Source: Eledone cirrhosa | Taxonomy: Eukaryota | Length of the DNA stretch: 64,000 nucleotides | Assembly: GCA_964016885.1 (NCBI GenBank) | Contig: OZ024745.1 | Coordinates: 52,576,001 to 52,640,000 of the forward strand | Direction of reading: 5' to 3' | Part shown: positions 30,033-44,122 of the stretch, one piece after another | Numbering within the stretch: the stretch's first letter is position 1 | Layout: the number at the start of each line of letters is the position of its first letter | The notes under the pieces: model-generated | Told to the model about the DNA's origin: nothing | What the model saw: the letters and a program-made list of their open reading frames with translations, nothing else | Database searches by the model: none | Made by a program: the position numbers and the translations under genes

Positions 30033-30109
30033 GTCTCCTGATGAGTTCGACACTCGTGATTTATCCTTAATAGGATATCTCAAAATACGAACGAAACCAT
30101 GGTAGAGAT
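30033..30109 (+). ncRNA. Type I hammerhead ribozyme with extended stem II
   Basis: gtctc-CTGATGA-gttcg..38 nt..cgaac-GAAAC-catg-GTA-gagat. All three stems and the core are intact. Confidence 0.85.
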
Positions 30110-30216
30110 GTAATTGCGGTATGTGCACCTTTCTTCTAACTTTAAATTTCTACCTAATTGTGTATGGTTGACGATATATTTGGTCAGTTTCTACATGCTG
30201 TTGAAATGTTGCGTAA

Positions 30217-30780
30217 ATCATCATCATCATCATCATTCGTCGACTACTGTCGAGATGATGGATCTCACTTTCATGCCCCATAATTCCCTGTCCTCCATCG
30301 CCGCCCTCAGGTCCTGTCTACTGATTCCAGTATCCCTAGAGATATCGTCAGGGAATGACAGCTTCCTACTCCTAGTCAGGATGGAGTCAGGGTCCAGAGC
30401 AAGAGAGCGGATATGATTTCATTGCTGGCACGGTGACAGTGGCCAGCAAATTGAGCTCTCCAGGATTTTAGAAGGGCAGAGGCTCGAGGGAGTTTGACAT
30501 AGATTTTAGACAAGGTGGGATGTCGTTTCCAGGATAGGTTTTGCACTCCCATTAAGAGGCGGGTATATGTGCCATCCAATCTCCTCTCAAGTTGTGATAT
30601 TAGTGTCCAAGTTTCGGATCCATAAAGTAATATGGGCTTAATGGTTGCTTGGAATATTTCCAGTTTTAGCTTGTTGGTAAGTTGACATGTCCATATGGCG
30701 TGCATGTCATTGCACACTGACCATGCCATACCCTTCCTGGTTAGAAAATCTTTTTTGAAGGAGGAGATATATGAGCCAAC
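30217..30780 (-). mobile_element. RTE/RTE-X LINE 3' fragment with (TGA)n tail
   Basis: ORF 30376-30729 IFQATIKPILLYGSETWTL..LDGTYTRLL..SWKRHPT..FAGHC. (TCA)n on the plus strand at 30217-30236. Confidence 0.9.
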
Positions 30781-31001
30781 ATAGTCGTAATGGGTAAATA
30801 CTCTATTGTGGTCAACCGCGAAGAGGCTGCTTTCGGTTATTTTTCAAATATTTCTTCATAGGAGCCTTTATTCTTATAGCCTGGTCTAATTGATTTTTTG
30901 TATGGTTAATTATGCTAATTGGGAGAGGAAATTTTATATATGTTATCTAGTAATTCTAAGGACATGTGCTTGTCTACGTATTTAATTATATATATATATA
31001 T

Positions 31002-31455
31002 ATTGTTATACTTTGGGAGCGTCATGTTGCCAATAAGATACACACGCACCAGAGGCTTTCACTTCAATGTATTATAATAAATTTATAAATTTAGGAATAT
31101 ATAAATTTTCGGTTGGTTGGTGGGTTCCACAGCCAGATAATTGTTTATATATTGTCAACGTTCTTTCGTCACACATTATGTGACCTCTTCAGTGACTGGG
31201 CATTCTTTTCTTTGCTTTTGTGCCTCTCCTTTGTTCTGTCCTACGCCATCTTGTTTTTCCCAGTCACTGAAGAGGTCATAGAATGCGTGACGAAAGAACT
31301 TTGACAATATATCAACAATCATCTGGTTGTGGAACCAACCAACCAACCGGAAATTTATAAATTCCTAAATGTATAAATTTATTATAATAAATTGAAGTGA
31401 AACAACAGGTGCGTGTGTTTCTTATAGGCAACATGACCCTCCCAAAGTATAACAA
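31002..31455. mobile_element. Fold-back element with HHR motif in each arm
   Basis: Arms 31002-31200 and 31259-31455 are diverged inverted copies. (TA)n flanks. Confidence 0.85.
31263..31305 (+). ncRNA. Hammerhead ribozyme (CUU site)
   Basis: gtca-CTGAAGA-ggtca..tgac-GAAAG-aa-CTT-tgac. Confidence 0.7.
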
Positions 31456-31531
31456 TCTCGGTTTCAACACACGTTTTCAGATAAAGAATATTGCTAAACA
31501 AATTCAGAAACGAAATATATATATATATATT

Positions 31532-31611
<80 letters not shown>

Positions 31612-32018
31612 CACAAGCACAATAACAACAAACACATATAAACACAGACTAGTAAACTAAGATAGAATACATTAACCAATACACAGTTACCCAAACAAGA
31701 ACACACATCAAACGCATGCGCAGAGAAGACAAAACAATAAACAAGTAAATAAATAAATAAATAAATAAACACACTAAATAAAGATGGCGTAAGCATACAA
31801 TGCAACGGGAGGAAACATAATAGCACCACTGACGATATTGCAGATGTGCAACGAAAGAACTTTGATATATGTGTTTGTGTCTAAATTGTATCTGTATTTT
31901 TGACCGTTGGTCAGTCAATGGCAACATTGAGGACCGAAAACCAACCAAAGACTGAGTTTGTTCTGTTATTAATTCTGGCAATATTATTACACAAATATGA
32001 CCCTCCCTAAGTATAACA

Positions 32019-32093
<75 letters not shown>

Positions 32094-32332
32094 ATTCCAA
32101 ATTGAAGGATAAGTGTTTCAAACTTTATTTTATCATGAGTTAAAGGTCTATAGATTTTCCCTGGATTTTACTAAATTCTGTGGATGAATTTATATCCTGA
32201 TTCTCTTTTGAGATGAGTTTGAGTTATTTTTCCTAAATCTTTCGTTAACTACTTTTCCCATCTTGACGTTATAGTCGCATATATGTTATAGAATGCCGTT
32301 AGCTTCTTGCTAAAACAATCTCTATACCTCTC

Positions 32333-32371
<39 letters not shown>

Positions 32372-32499
32372 CATATATCTTATGGCTAAAACAACACGAC
32401 GTGATTTGACCAGCCGCGCCAATTGGCGCCCGACAGACTGGTCGGTCCAGGTGATCGGTCAAGGTGATATATATATTACGCCTGTTTATACGTATATCT

Positions 32500-33362
32500 A
32501 TCTATGAAGCCCTAGACATGGAGGAGGACGAACTGGCCAGCCTGTTCGGTAGGACATTCAGCCCGGGACCTATGGACAACTTCCAGAAGTCCCTGGCCTG
32601 GCAGTGCTACCGAGGGGCTTTACCCGTTCGAGAAAGGCTCTACAGACACGGGCGCCCGGGTAGGGACCCCGCCAAAAAGATCTGTCCCAGATGCGTGTGC
32701 GACGAGGAAACCGTTGCACACGCATTGGTACACTGCTCGGGCGTAGCCGATCTGTGGGGCTATGTCGAACAACTGCTGTCAAGGGTGGGACCGATCCGGT
32801 TGACCACCGAGTCTAATGTAATGATCAAGCCGCCTCCCCCCTTCAAAGATGAAGCAGAGGCGGTGTTTCTGTGCGTAATAGCCATGGCGAAAGAGGTTGT
32901 ATGGTGGACGCGTCTGAAAGGACTGAGGTCAGGCACCTTTCTCTCTGGCCAACAACTGGTCCGTTTCTTCCGTTATCATTTCGGAAGAACGATCAGGATG
33001 GAGAGAGAGGTGCTGCACCCCAGCCGTTTCTATGAAAGATGGGTGAAAGTGGCGAGAATGGCCCGTGTGAATGGGCCTTCACTCTACATCAGACTATAGG
33101 TGAGGAAGATGAAAGACAAAGGGAGCACCCCTTCTCTGTGCTCCTGAGGAGAAGGGCTGCACACTTTTTTCGGTGGTGTGTGCGACCCCCCAAGGCGCCT
33201 CCTCTCTATTGAGGATTTTGTTATAAATTTTATTTTTTGTTATATCTTATTTTATTTTTATATTTTGTTATTGCCTCCTCCTTATTGAGGACGCCTTTTT
33301 GTGTAAACTCCCCCCTTTGTACTTGTCCCACTTTTGATGCCCTAGTGGCAACTAAAAGAAAC
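32500..33362 (+). mobile_element. 5'-truncated Tx1/L1-clade LINE (zf-RVT C-terminus plus 3' UTR)
   Basis: ORF to 33099 has AWQCYRGALPVRERL..CPRCVCDEETVAHALVHC..LW, the CCHC zf-RVT motif. GC-rich, ends at an A-rich tail in a TA context. Confidence 0.9.
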
Positions 33363-33448
33363 ATATCTATCTATATATCAAGTCACAGCGAAGGGGAAAG
33401 CATATATGAATGAAAAATGGCGAGCTGTGTTGTTGCATATAGGGTATA

Positions 33449-34135
33449 TATAATAAATGAAGAATTAGAAATAGAAGCCAGGAATATCCGTCATCAGTGT
33501 TCTACTAGCCATCATAGGTATTTCTTCGCATTACAGACCATATACCTCAAGCTAGGGCGATACAATAACTAAATTAAGTTATTGGGATAAAAAGAGTCGG
33601 TGGAGAAAGAGAGACAGCTAAACAATAACCTGTCTTTTTCTCTTCCCTTATTGCTATCCTCTTTCTCTCTCCCCCTTCTCTCTCCTTCTCCCTCTTACTT
33701 TCACTCATCCCCCTATGCTTGTCACCCTCTCTCGGCTAGCCTCTTCCTCACACTTTCAATCACTCACTCTTTGCTACTCACCCTCTATCTCACTTCATCC
33801 ATCGTACCATACCGTACGAGATTCTTTCCTCGTTCACATCCGCACGGCCAAGATGTATTGTTGTCTTGTCAATATTCGCAAGTTCGTAGGGTCAAAATGA
33901 ATTATTGACTTGATTTTCTCATTTTTTCCTCTCTTTACGTTGCCTTACCAATCGTGTTTGTTTACATGTCTCTCTTTCTCCACCCAACTCTTTTTATCCC
34001 AATAACTTAATTTAGTTATTGTACCGCGCTAGCTTGAGGTATATGGTCTGTAATGCGAAGGAATACCTATGATGGCTAGTAGACCACTGATAACGGATAT
34101 TCCTGGCTTCTATTTATATTTGTTCATTTATTATA
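33449..34135. mobile_element. Inverted-repeat element, ~168 bp arms around a pyrimidine-rich spacer
   Basis: 33449-33616 versus 33967-34135. A diverged relative lies at ~29250-29640. Confidence 0.85.
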
Positions 34136-34355
34136 CACACACACATACATATATATATATATAAGATCCGCATAAGGTGAAACAATTGTTCTCGGTATGG
34201 TGAACTAACTGTTGTGTAACTAGTTATATTTATATATATATATATATATACATAATAAATATTTGCTCTAGCATTCTTATATATTTGATATATATTTATC
34301 CTTATCGAGCCCTATTTGGATTTTAGTCTTCACATTTATTATTATAACTATATAT

Positions 34356-34421
<66 letters not shown>

Positions 34422-34460
34422 ATATTATATAAATGGAAACTATATTTATAATACCATATT

Positions 34461-34523
34461 TATTTTATTATATATATTTCAAGTGAACCAAAACACTTTG
34501 GTATGCTTTCTTCAGATGAAATA
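34461..34523 (-). ncRNA. Hammerhead ribozyme in solo arm (34417-34645) of the 50733 family
   Basis: tatttcat-CTGAAGA-aagcataccaaa..ttggttcactt-GAAAT-atat-ATA-ataaaata. Confidence 0.7.
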
Positions 34524-34641
34524 CAAACTTTGTTTCATAAATAGAGACATACCCAGGAAAATCATACCTTATCAGTTGGATATTCTCTGGATAGAGATTA
34601 TTATATGTGTCGGATTTCCAACAAATTAAATACCCCTTCTA

Positions 34642-34687
<46 letters not shown>

Positions 34688-36819
34688 TTTTATGCATTAT
34701 CCTACCTTATAGATTACAAAATTGGTACCAAATTTAAAATTATAAAAGTGAGAAAAATATGTGTTTAATAAAATAATATCAATCAGGAATCAATAGAATG
34801 TTTATGACAAATATAATTAATCTTTCAACGTGTCAAATACATTACGCTAAACACACTAAGAAAATTTTAAAAGCATTCAACCGTTACCAGTTGGTATGTA
34901 AATCGAATGCTAATTTTTTTATTTTCTTTCTTTCATCTATATTTAATATCTGCTTCAATTTGTGTTTACTTATTTACATTTTCAGAAATGTCTAATGCCT
35001 ATGAAAGATTTATATACAGAACGATATATTATCGTATCACCAATACATCAATCGATATGATTTGCCAAATTGCATAGTGGTAAAACAGATCACTCAAGTG
35101 TTATCATTTCTGGATGATAGATTTAGCGCCATGAGAAATATACTGTGTAAGTAATTGTTTCCAAGAATACATTCCACACTAGGAATATATAAAATAATTC
35201 TAATCGTATTTTGGAGTCAAATACCTGTTTTCAGGGAGGGTTAGGTGGTATAAATGTACCTGCGACAAAGGAGAAATACGTTAAACAAAAGCTCCTTCAA
35301 TCGAACTATCTCTGGATCATCAGACATTTTGTTTTTCTCTCATGTACACACAAGCACACAAGTACTCACACACAAGCACGTACACACACACACACACACA
35401 CATACACACATACACAGACAAATACACACATATATAGATATATATATTTACATATAATATATGTGTGTATATATATGCATGTATATATATTCATATATAT
35501 ACATACATATGCACATGCACATACACACACCCACACATTTTATCGATAATGTAGAATATTATATCTGGTCAGACAACATTGGATCATCTAAATCGTATGT
35601 CTATAGCACGTTTTGTAGAGCAGTATAATAACCTTGCCATAGTGGAATACAGTTTAAACTGTTATCTGGAAATAAGCACACATAGTGACAGGACAAAAAA
35701 TGACAGGATGGTCACAGCGGGCATATCTTTGGTTATGGGTTTGGGTTGAACAAACGCACAGCTGGTCCGAAGTATAAAGGGTTAGACTACGTCACAATTT
35801 AAAGAAGACGACTTTATATCAATTATACCCATAGATTGTGTTCCGTTTACTGGAAACTAAATACTTCCTCTCCTGCCTGTATCGCTTCTAGAAAATGGGA
35901 GAGGAGGGGGAAGAGAAATGATGAGAGGCATGTATTATTTCTTGCAGAATATCTCACTGCATATTGACCCGATATTATTTAATTCATTTGAATCATATTT
36001 CTCAAATCTATAATCTTGATAAATGTGTATATTAAAAATCCGTCTTGCTCGTATGTAATTTTTTTTACACTGTGCACCTGCGTATTTTTGTTATTGTACG
36101 TCTATATCAGATATAATATGAGCAATACATTGTTTCATGATCAGCGGATACATTGACATACGCTAGATAATGAATAAGTTTCGTTGCATGTATATTGGAT
36201 GGAAATTGTCGTTTGAAACGTGAAAGACAAAAGTTTGGATTTGTTCAATTTAATCCTATACATTGTAAGTATATTACTTTTGGAGACTTTCATTGTTTTT
36301 TTGCCTTTTTTTAAACTTTTGTTCCTAATGACGGATATATAGTGAACTCTGACATTGTGGACTTAACTGGAGAATCAAACTTTCTGAATCTAGGAAGCCA
36401 TCCTGTCATTTTATGTAATCGAGCTGTTAAAAACTCTACATCTAACCGGAATTCTGAGCCGTTATATGATATTACTGTATTTCGATATCTGAATAAATAT
36501 TACCAGTGAGAGAACAATGTATGCCGGGCGATATAATATTGAATGCGATATTGATGATTTGTTTATCACTTTAAAATGACATACCGCAGGAAAACATTAG
36601 CTTTCTATGTGCGCTGGAACATTATTTTTCGATTAAGTAACATACATCCATATCGGGATGACCTTATGCGAACCGCTTTCTCCACTTGCTAAGCAAAAGG
36701 GGGAAAGTTAAGTAAGAATACCCTTTTGGAAAATGATATGTTAGAAATATGTCAACATATTTATTTCTACACCAATATACAGAAGACAGATATGATGCGA
36801 TCCTTTTTGAACCGAATAA

Positions 36820-36918
<99 letters not shown>

Positions 36919-37632
36919 CTCTGTGTGAGGGTGTATGTGTATATGTCTGTGCGTATTGATGTGTGCATGTGTGCATATACGTGTTTGTCTCCGTTTCACT
37001 GTGTGCGCCAGTATATTTTCATCTACATTCAGAAGCATATATATCTAAATTCGTAAACATACAGATAGTTTTTCGGGAAGACAATGTGAATAAAATTAGT
37101 TTTTACTTTAATATCCTCACAATCGTGATAAAATCATAAATACACAACTTTCAAAACAACTTTCTAAGCAATAGTTATGCTAATCCTTCAAATAAATTAG
37201 TAAATATATAATTCTCACATATTATAATACAGATATTCTAGCAACGAGCAAATTGTGATATACTTAATAACATAAAAGCAATATTACAATTAACAGCAGA
37301 TTGATTTATTCACAAACCTAGCATTCTTTTGATTATGAAGCCACCAAATTATTTAATAATATTTATCCTCTTTCATAAGTATTTCTTTAATTAATCCGAT
37401 AGTTTAATTAGTTTAATTTAGTGTAAGTATCGCAATAAAGGTGTGTTCAAATTAATTGCTAAATTCCCGCATCTAAAATCACATTTTTCTTGCAAATTAA
37501 AGTTTAAAAAGTGTAATCACAGTCACAAGAAGTATGCAACTTTATTTTATTTCACCACCTTATGTAGAATAAAATAGCCAATACCGATGTAAGTGAGGCG
37601 AACAGACGTAATTAAAAAACATTATTATCCAG

Positions 37633-37955
37633 TTGGCAGTATCGGTAGAGGGTCGGATGCCATGCTTTGACACATAGAGTTACGGCCCTTGCCATTCTGA
37701 GTTCAAATCCCGCCGAGGTAAACTTTGCCTTTCATCCTTACGTGGTCGATAAAATAAAGTACCAGTAATGTACTGGGTAATTGCTGGCCTTGTGCCAAAA
37801 GTAGAAACAATTATTATCCATCTCAGATCTAAGTTCTGGGTTCAAGTCCCGCCTAAGTTAACTATGCCTTTTATCCTTATGAGGTCGATAGAATAATGTA
37901 CCAGTAATGCAATGGGGTAATTTCGGTCCTTTCGCTAAAAGTAGAAAGATTATTA
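37633..37955 (+). mobile_element. SINE plus adjacent truncated SINE
   Basis: Full copy 37633-37813. Second, diverged copy from the B-box at ~37833-37955. Confidence 0.85.
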
Positions 37956-38559
37956 TTCAACTCAGTTACCTATTCAAATAATCAAGATCTTCCGAAAGTC
38001 ATTAAGCTATTTTCATTTCTGGAACCAATCTCGCAACAAGGCCGATTTATTTATTTTCTGTGGTGTTTGTGTTTCGAAAGTATAACCAATGAATGTTGTA
38101 CCACTTTTGTATCATTTTTCTCCAAATACGCGATTTAAATCGTGTCCATAAATAGAATATCCGTTCCACTGTATCATATGTTGGTATATTTATGAGTACA
38201 ATCTAGCAAATGATTTTTACGACACTGAATCCGAGTACCAACCAATATATTGAAATGTTCCTCAACATTCAATATTAAGTCCACTCCTTTTACAGATATA
38301 TGTCACTGGTATGCACCATGCAGTTCCACAGTTTAATATTATCACGTTTTCCGTTGATAGGAATATTTTCTAGGCTGGTAAACTTATTGAAAGAAATAAT
38401 CAGCCCATAATCACTCATAAATGACCGGTATTCAGGAAATACATTTTCAGTGAACGTCGATAAAACTACGTACATTCTATTCTATTCATCAGCTAATGAG
38501 GACGACCTTCCGCTACAGCCTCCAAAACTCCATTTTGATTTAAAGCAAGTTAAAATGTC

Positions 38560-39050
38560 CAGACATACAAGGTTTCTGGGAATCCTTATTGGCGATCAAT
38601 TGAATTCATGATTGCACATTCAAGCTATAGAATCCAAACCATCTACACACATTGGAATAATCTGTATGGCGCGTGTATTCTTTGAAAAGAAAGCGAAGAA
38701 AATATTATGATATTCATGTGTTAATAAATATTTAATATAGCCTAGCTTAGGGTAGTACAAGAAGAGAAAATTGACTAAACTTCATACTTTACAAACACAG
38801 ATTATATCAAAGGCTCCCAGATGTTTCCACCGTTGGCTTGATAAAAGAATATTAAACATTTATGAGGAAAATGTGGCTGCTCAGTTGAGATTAATGTTCA
38901 AAATTTATCACAACTTTACTCCAAAATGTGTTCAAGAATTGGTATTTAACGAAGTAATTTTGGGAGCAACTTTCAAATGAAATAGTTCTGCAATAACATA
39001 ATTTCATAAATTAAGCTACCCCTATCGTGGGCCAATTATCTGAAATCATT
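38560..39050 (+). pseudogene. Degenerate L2/CR1-group LINE RT C-terminus
   Basis: TRFLGILIGDQLNS*LHIQAIESK..IGII..AR..KKAKKIL*YS..KLHTLQ, matching the KFLG..D..L.W..HI motif. Confidence 0.7.
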
Positions 39051-39130
39051 TTTTATGCAAAGATGCAACTCTTCCAGACTCAAAACATTGTCTTCCACTA
39101 TTGTTTTCGCTGGTAATCTGTTCACACATG

Positions 39131-39229
<99 letters not shown>

Positions 39230-39431
39230 GTGTGTGTGTATATATATATATATATATACGTGCCTGGTTTTATCCCACTATTACTACTTGTGAAAATAAT
39301 GATCAGGCTGTACGAAGGGAACACAATTTCAGACAATATAATTGTATTGCTTCCTTGGCAAATGTTCAGGCTATAATGTACATATGGTAAAGCCATTCAG
39401 GTTTTAGCTCTATATCAATTATCGATGAAAA

Positions 39432-39615
39432 TAATTGTTTCTACTTTTGGCACAAGGCGAGCAATTACCCAATGCATTACTGGTACTTTATTTTATCGAC
39501 CCCGTAAGGATGAAAGGCAAAGTTAAACTTGGTGGGATTTGAACTCAGAATGGCAAGGGCCGTAACTATGCTAGAAAGCATGGCGTCCGACCCTCTACCG
39601 ATACTGCCAATCCAC
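39432..39615 (-). mobile_element. tRNA-derived SINE
   Basis: Same core as the other copies. Confidence 0.88.
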
Positions 39616-40329
39616 CGCTGAAAATAATAACATAAGTAATGAATGTAGCTGAATTTTTTAGTTACTGTTGATGTCTTCAATTCTCTCAGTCTCAGATTTA
39701 TGACATATATATATATGCTTTCACACAAATTAGTTTAGTTGGCTGTTCAATGCATTAGAATCGGGTGATCTTACTAAACAGGGCAAGCTACTGTTTCTGA
39801 ATTATAATTCACGTGTAGATTTTATTAAAACAGTTAATGAATACATTTTATTAGTATGTCATATGCTTGACTTGAAATGTATTTTAAGCGTAGATTTCTT
39901 AAAAATAAATTATAATCAAGTAAGGGTAAGTTGTTATCACTCTATAGGGTTTACATGCTTATTACCTAATTCTAAGCTTTTTCATTTGTTCTTATGATTT
40001 ATTTGATAATACATTATATAAAGGAAAAGTGTATGATACACTATTTACAAAAAAGATAAGGAAGTCTTCTTAAGAATGGAATGAAGCGATTCATTATGTC
40101 AAATGTTCTAATCATGTAAGTGTGTTCATGAAGAAGGATCATGGTAAACAAAAAATTATTATCGTTTTTAGAACGGCCTGTAAATGTAGCACTTTATGCA
40201 AAGTCATTATTTATTCTATTTACATATTTTGGAATATTTGTTTTCTAATTCATTAAACATCGTAGGATTTTAACAGAAACAGGTTTGTTTATTACTCAAA
40301 AGTACCAGTTTAATATATTCATCATTCAT

Positions 40330-41185
40330 GTCGTGTCACCTGGTTATGGCATTTCCACCTCTTCGATTTCATCGCCTTCACCTACAACATGACAGAATGC
40401 GACGCCTTCTGAACTCATATACTTTGTTTTCGCACTATTGATCCTCAGGCCGACCACCCAAGCTCAGGTGTTCTACACCTGCAGCATGGTCTATAGCTAC
40501 AAGGTACTTTCTGTGATGAGCGTAGTGTCATCTGCGAACAGGAAGGTGGTGAACAGCTCACCGTTGATATGCACGCACCGTTCCAGACGATGTGTCTGAT
40601 GGCCATTTATAATTATAAACATGTCATGAAGAGCTTTTTGAGATGGTATCAAACTGTTTGCCGACCTTCAAGACCGACATGAGCACGGGTGATGATAAGA
40701 GGGCTACGTCTATAGTGCAATCCGATTTCACTTCCTCTCGAAGGAGGTTTCTGCACAGCACCGCAAAAACTTGCTTCTACGGGGATTCTAACATCGCATT
40801 GATCTCGACACAGTGGGTGGCCATTTCGTAGTCATCGAACGCGATACACAGAGGCAACCGTTACTCTCTTTCGCTCGTTCTAGCAACTGAGTTAATGTCA
40901 ATATGTGATCAATCGTGCTGGAATTGTTTATGAAGCCACGCACCCCCCGTTTTCTTGACTGTTGTTAATCCAGCTCTTCCGACAATCGGTATGCAACTAT
41001 TGTCGTACACATCTTGTATATGGGAGACAGGAGGCATATTAGGCGATCATTCCTGAGATCTTCCCCATCACCCTTCTTGTAAAGCATGTTGGTTTTCGGC
41101 ACCTTCCATTGACAGGGTAGAGGCTCTACTCTTATATAGCGGGTGAAATGCAGAGTGAGGATTTTCCACAACTGCTCACCGCACA
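40330..41185 (-). pseudogene. RTE-clade reverse transcriptase remnant
   Basis: LYKKGDGEDLRNDRLICLLSPIYK, STIDHI, FLFADD (~40527-40545) and GLRINSAKTKYM. Confidence 0.9.
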
Positions 41186-41224
41186 CGAACACAGGACACA
41201 TACTCACACACACACACACACGCG

Positions 41225-41303
<79 letters not shown>

Positions 41304-41395
41304 TTAAAGGTTAAACAAGGTTCAATGAATAAAGTAAACAATGAGTTTTACAATAGATTGGAAGCACTCAACAATTTGGTTTTCCGGAGTTATTA

Positions 41396-41664
41396 ATATT
41401 AATTCAAAATATTAACAAAATAGATATTCTTGTGATTAAGTATATTTTATTATACATATTTCAGAGGTACTGAGTTAACTTCAACAGTACGTCCTCATCA
41501 GATAAAATAAGATGATGCATGACATACCCTGACCTAGTACTTGGTTAAGATTCAGTCACTGATGAGGACTTACTGTTGAAGTTAACTCAGTACCTCTGAA
41601 ATATGTATAATAAAATATACTTGATCACAAGAATATCTATTTTGTTAATATTTTGAATTAATAT
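41396..41664. mobile_element. Fold-back element with HHR core in each arm
   Basis: Arms 41396-41501 and 41559-41664. The right arm begins exactly at CTGATGA-ggacttactg..cagtacctct-GAAAT-atgt-ATA. Stem I is poor. Confidence 0.8.
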
Positions 41665-42929
41665 ATATATACACATATATATATATATATATATATATGT
41701 GGGTGTGTGTGTGTGTGTGTGTGTTGGGGTACGTGTAGAGCAGTTGTGGAACATCCTCGTGTGTCTCTGTCTGTGTATCTATTATACATACATATTATAC
41801 ATTTATATGAGAGTTGTGAGGAAGAATACATTTAGAATGCGAGATCAAGAAATCCAGGGATAAAAACCCTAACATTAAATCGCAAAAATGACATGATTAA
41901 AGTAACTTCCGCTACACATAATTGCTTACACCAAATTCAGTTATTCCCCACTAAAATCTTAAAAAAATATGAGATGATTTGCACAATTGTTACCAAATTA
42001 TCCTATAGAAATTTATACAGCAATAAATTTTCATGTACTCACATAATTTTATCGTATAGTGTAGTTTCTATATGTAGCATAGACAATATTAATTTAATAA
42101 TGATCAATTTTGTGAAAAATGTTTCAGCTTTGTCATAGATTAATTTTATTACACCGTATTTATTCCGCTTTAGGTGAAACTGAGATTTTCCCGTGCTCCA
42201 CAATTTAGATATAATAAAGTGAACAAACAAAATTATCCACTACTAAAACCTCACGGAGACAATAATTTCTTTCTTTCAGAAGAATGAAATAGTTATTCTG
42301 ACAATATTTAATCACATGCCGATGACACTAGTATATAACCGACCGATATCAAAATCATTGCTCATGCTTTGATCGCTCCAGTATATATTGGGTACAATTA
42401 AGTAGAATTAGACAAACAGGAAATGTTAGTGTTAATATTATTCTATTTGAAAATTAATCATTCTCTTTAAATATGGCTTCTAAAAATGGAAAGATTTATA
42501 TAATTCCGTTTTTCGAAACTTACATTGAAAATATAAAAATGCAAAATACTATACATTGTCCCCTGATAATAGTATTAATAATGTTAGAGCAATAATTAAT
42601 GGTGATAAAGAAAGTGCATTACCAATTAAATGTACGTCATAAGAATTTGAGTGGACATATTATTTATCTTGTACATTATAGTATAGGAACATTTCTCCGT
42701 AGAAGAAACAGTTAAGGGCTGCAATCATCTACTGAAGACATATAATCAAAACGTAATCAATTATGTTTATATGAGCATGCAGTAAATATATATTACATAC
42801 ACTATTCTTTCATAGCGTAGCTTTTAGGTATATCTACATAAAATGTACCTTAAATCTACGTATTATATATGCATTGTATATATTACATACATGCATACAC
42901 AAATACACACACATTATCAAGCACAGACG

Positions 42930-43160
42930 CAGACACGTGTGTATGGTTATGTGTATACGAGAGTTTTGCGTTTGTGTGTGTATGCGGGTTTATGTAGGGT
43001 GAGTGTATATGTGTACCTTGTATTTTGGTTGACGTACATTTAGCGAACATATGTGTATGTACATGTAGTTTTGTGTGTGTGCGCATTATACGCGTATTTA
43101 TGTGTGTATATTTATATATGTTTATATAATTATATGTAAACACGCGCGCGCACACACGCA

Positions 43161-43229
<69 letters not shown>

Positions 43230-43935
43230 TTTTATATATGTTTTATGTGTATTTGGTATATACGTTCGTATGTGTGCGGGTACAGGCGTTGCGTGGGTAT
43301 TTGTATGTGGGTAGGTGTTTTTGTGTACGTGCCTGTATTTACATATACATGGCGGGTGTTTTCGCGTATGCATGTGTATGCGTATGCATGCGTATGCATG
43401 TGCATGCGTGCATGTATATATATTTAATTATTGGTGATTTCAATAACCTCAGTATTTTATTTTCATTATACTTAACTCTGAAGCCGAGAATCATTCGGTT
43501 TCCTAAATGGAATTTTAGTCTACAACTTCAGTTATACCATAAACGTGGTTTTGCCTTTGCGTATAATTGTTCTCACCGGTCCACATAATGACGTATTATC
43601 TTCGTTTTTTTTCGTTCTTTGCCAGGGAACGTCTCCACGAACCACCTAATAGAATATTATTCTACGACTTCGTGTATGCCATAAACGTGGTTTTGTCTTC
43701 GCGTGTAACGGTTCTCACCGCTCCAAATAATAACGTATTATCGTCGTTTTTTCCGTTCTTTGCCAAGGAACATCTCCACGAACCAAAGTATCGTCTTACT
43801 GTCTTCCTTCGGTTGCAACGTTTATTGAAATTTTTACTTCTGTGTTCACAGATTGATCTTTTTAGCTTCAGAAGATCCCGTTAAGGGTGAAAGGAGCGAT
43901 TTATTGCTTAAACTTTAATCTGTTATTTTAATAAA
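42930..43935 (+). mobile_element. PLE 3' region, paralog of 24880-25915
   Basis: Collinear homology. Ends with degenerate HHR-like CAGAAGA-tccc..gggt-GAAAG, also seen at ~46490. Confidence 0.7.
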
Positions 43936-44021
43936 TATTTGCTCTACGGTTCTTATATATTTGATATATATTCATCATTATCGAGCCCTCTTTGTATTTT
44001 AGTCTTCAAATGTATTATTAT

Positions 44022-44122
<101 letters not shown>

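Noticed and set aside
34160-34195. AAGA-tccgcataaggt-GAAAC-aatt-GTT
   Set aside because: The 5' core is truncated by (TA)n, so the motif is incomplete.
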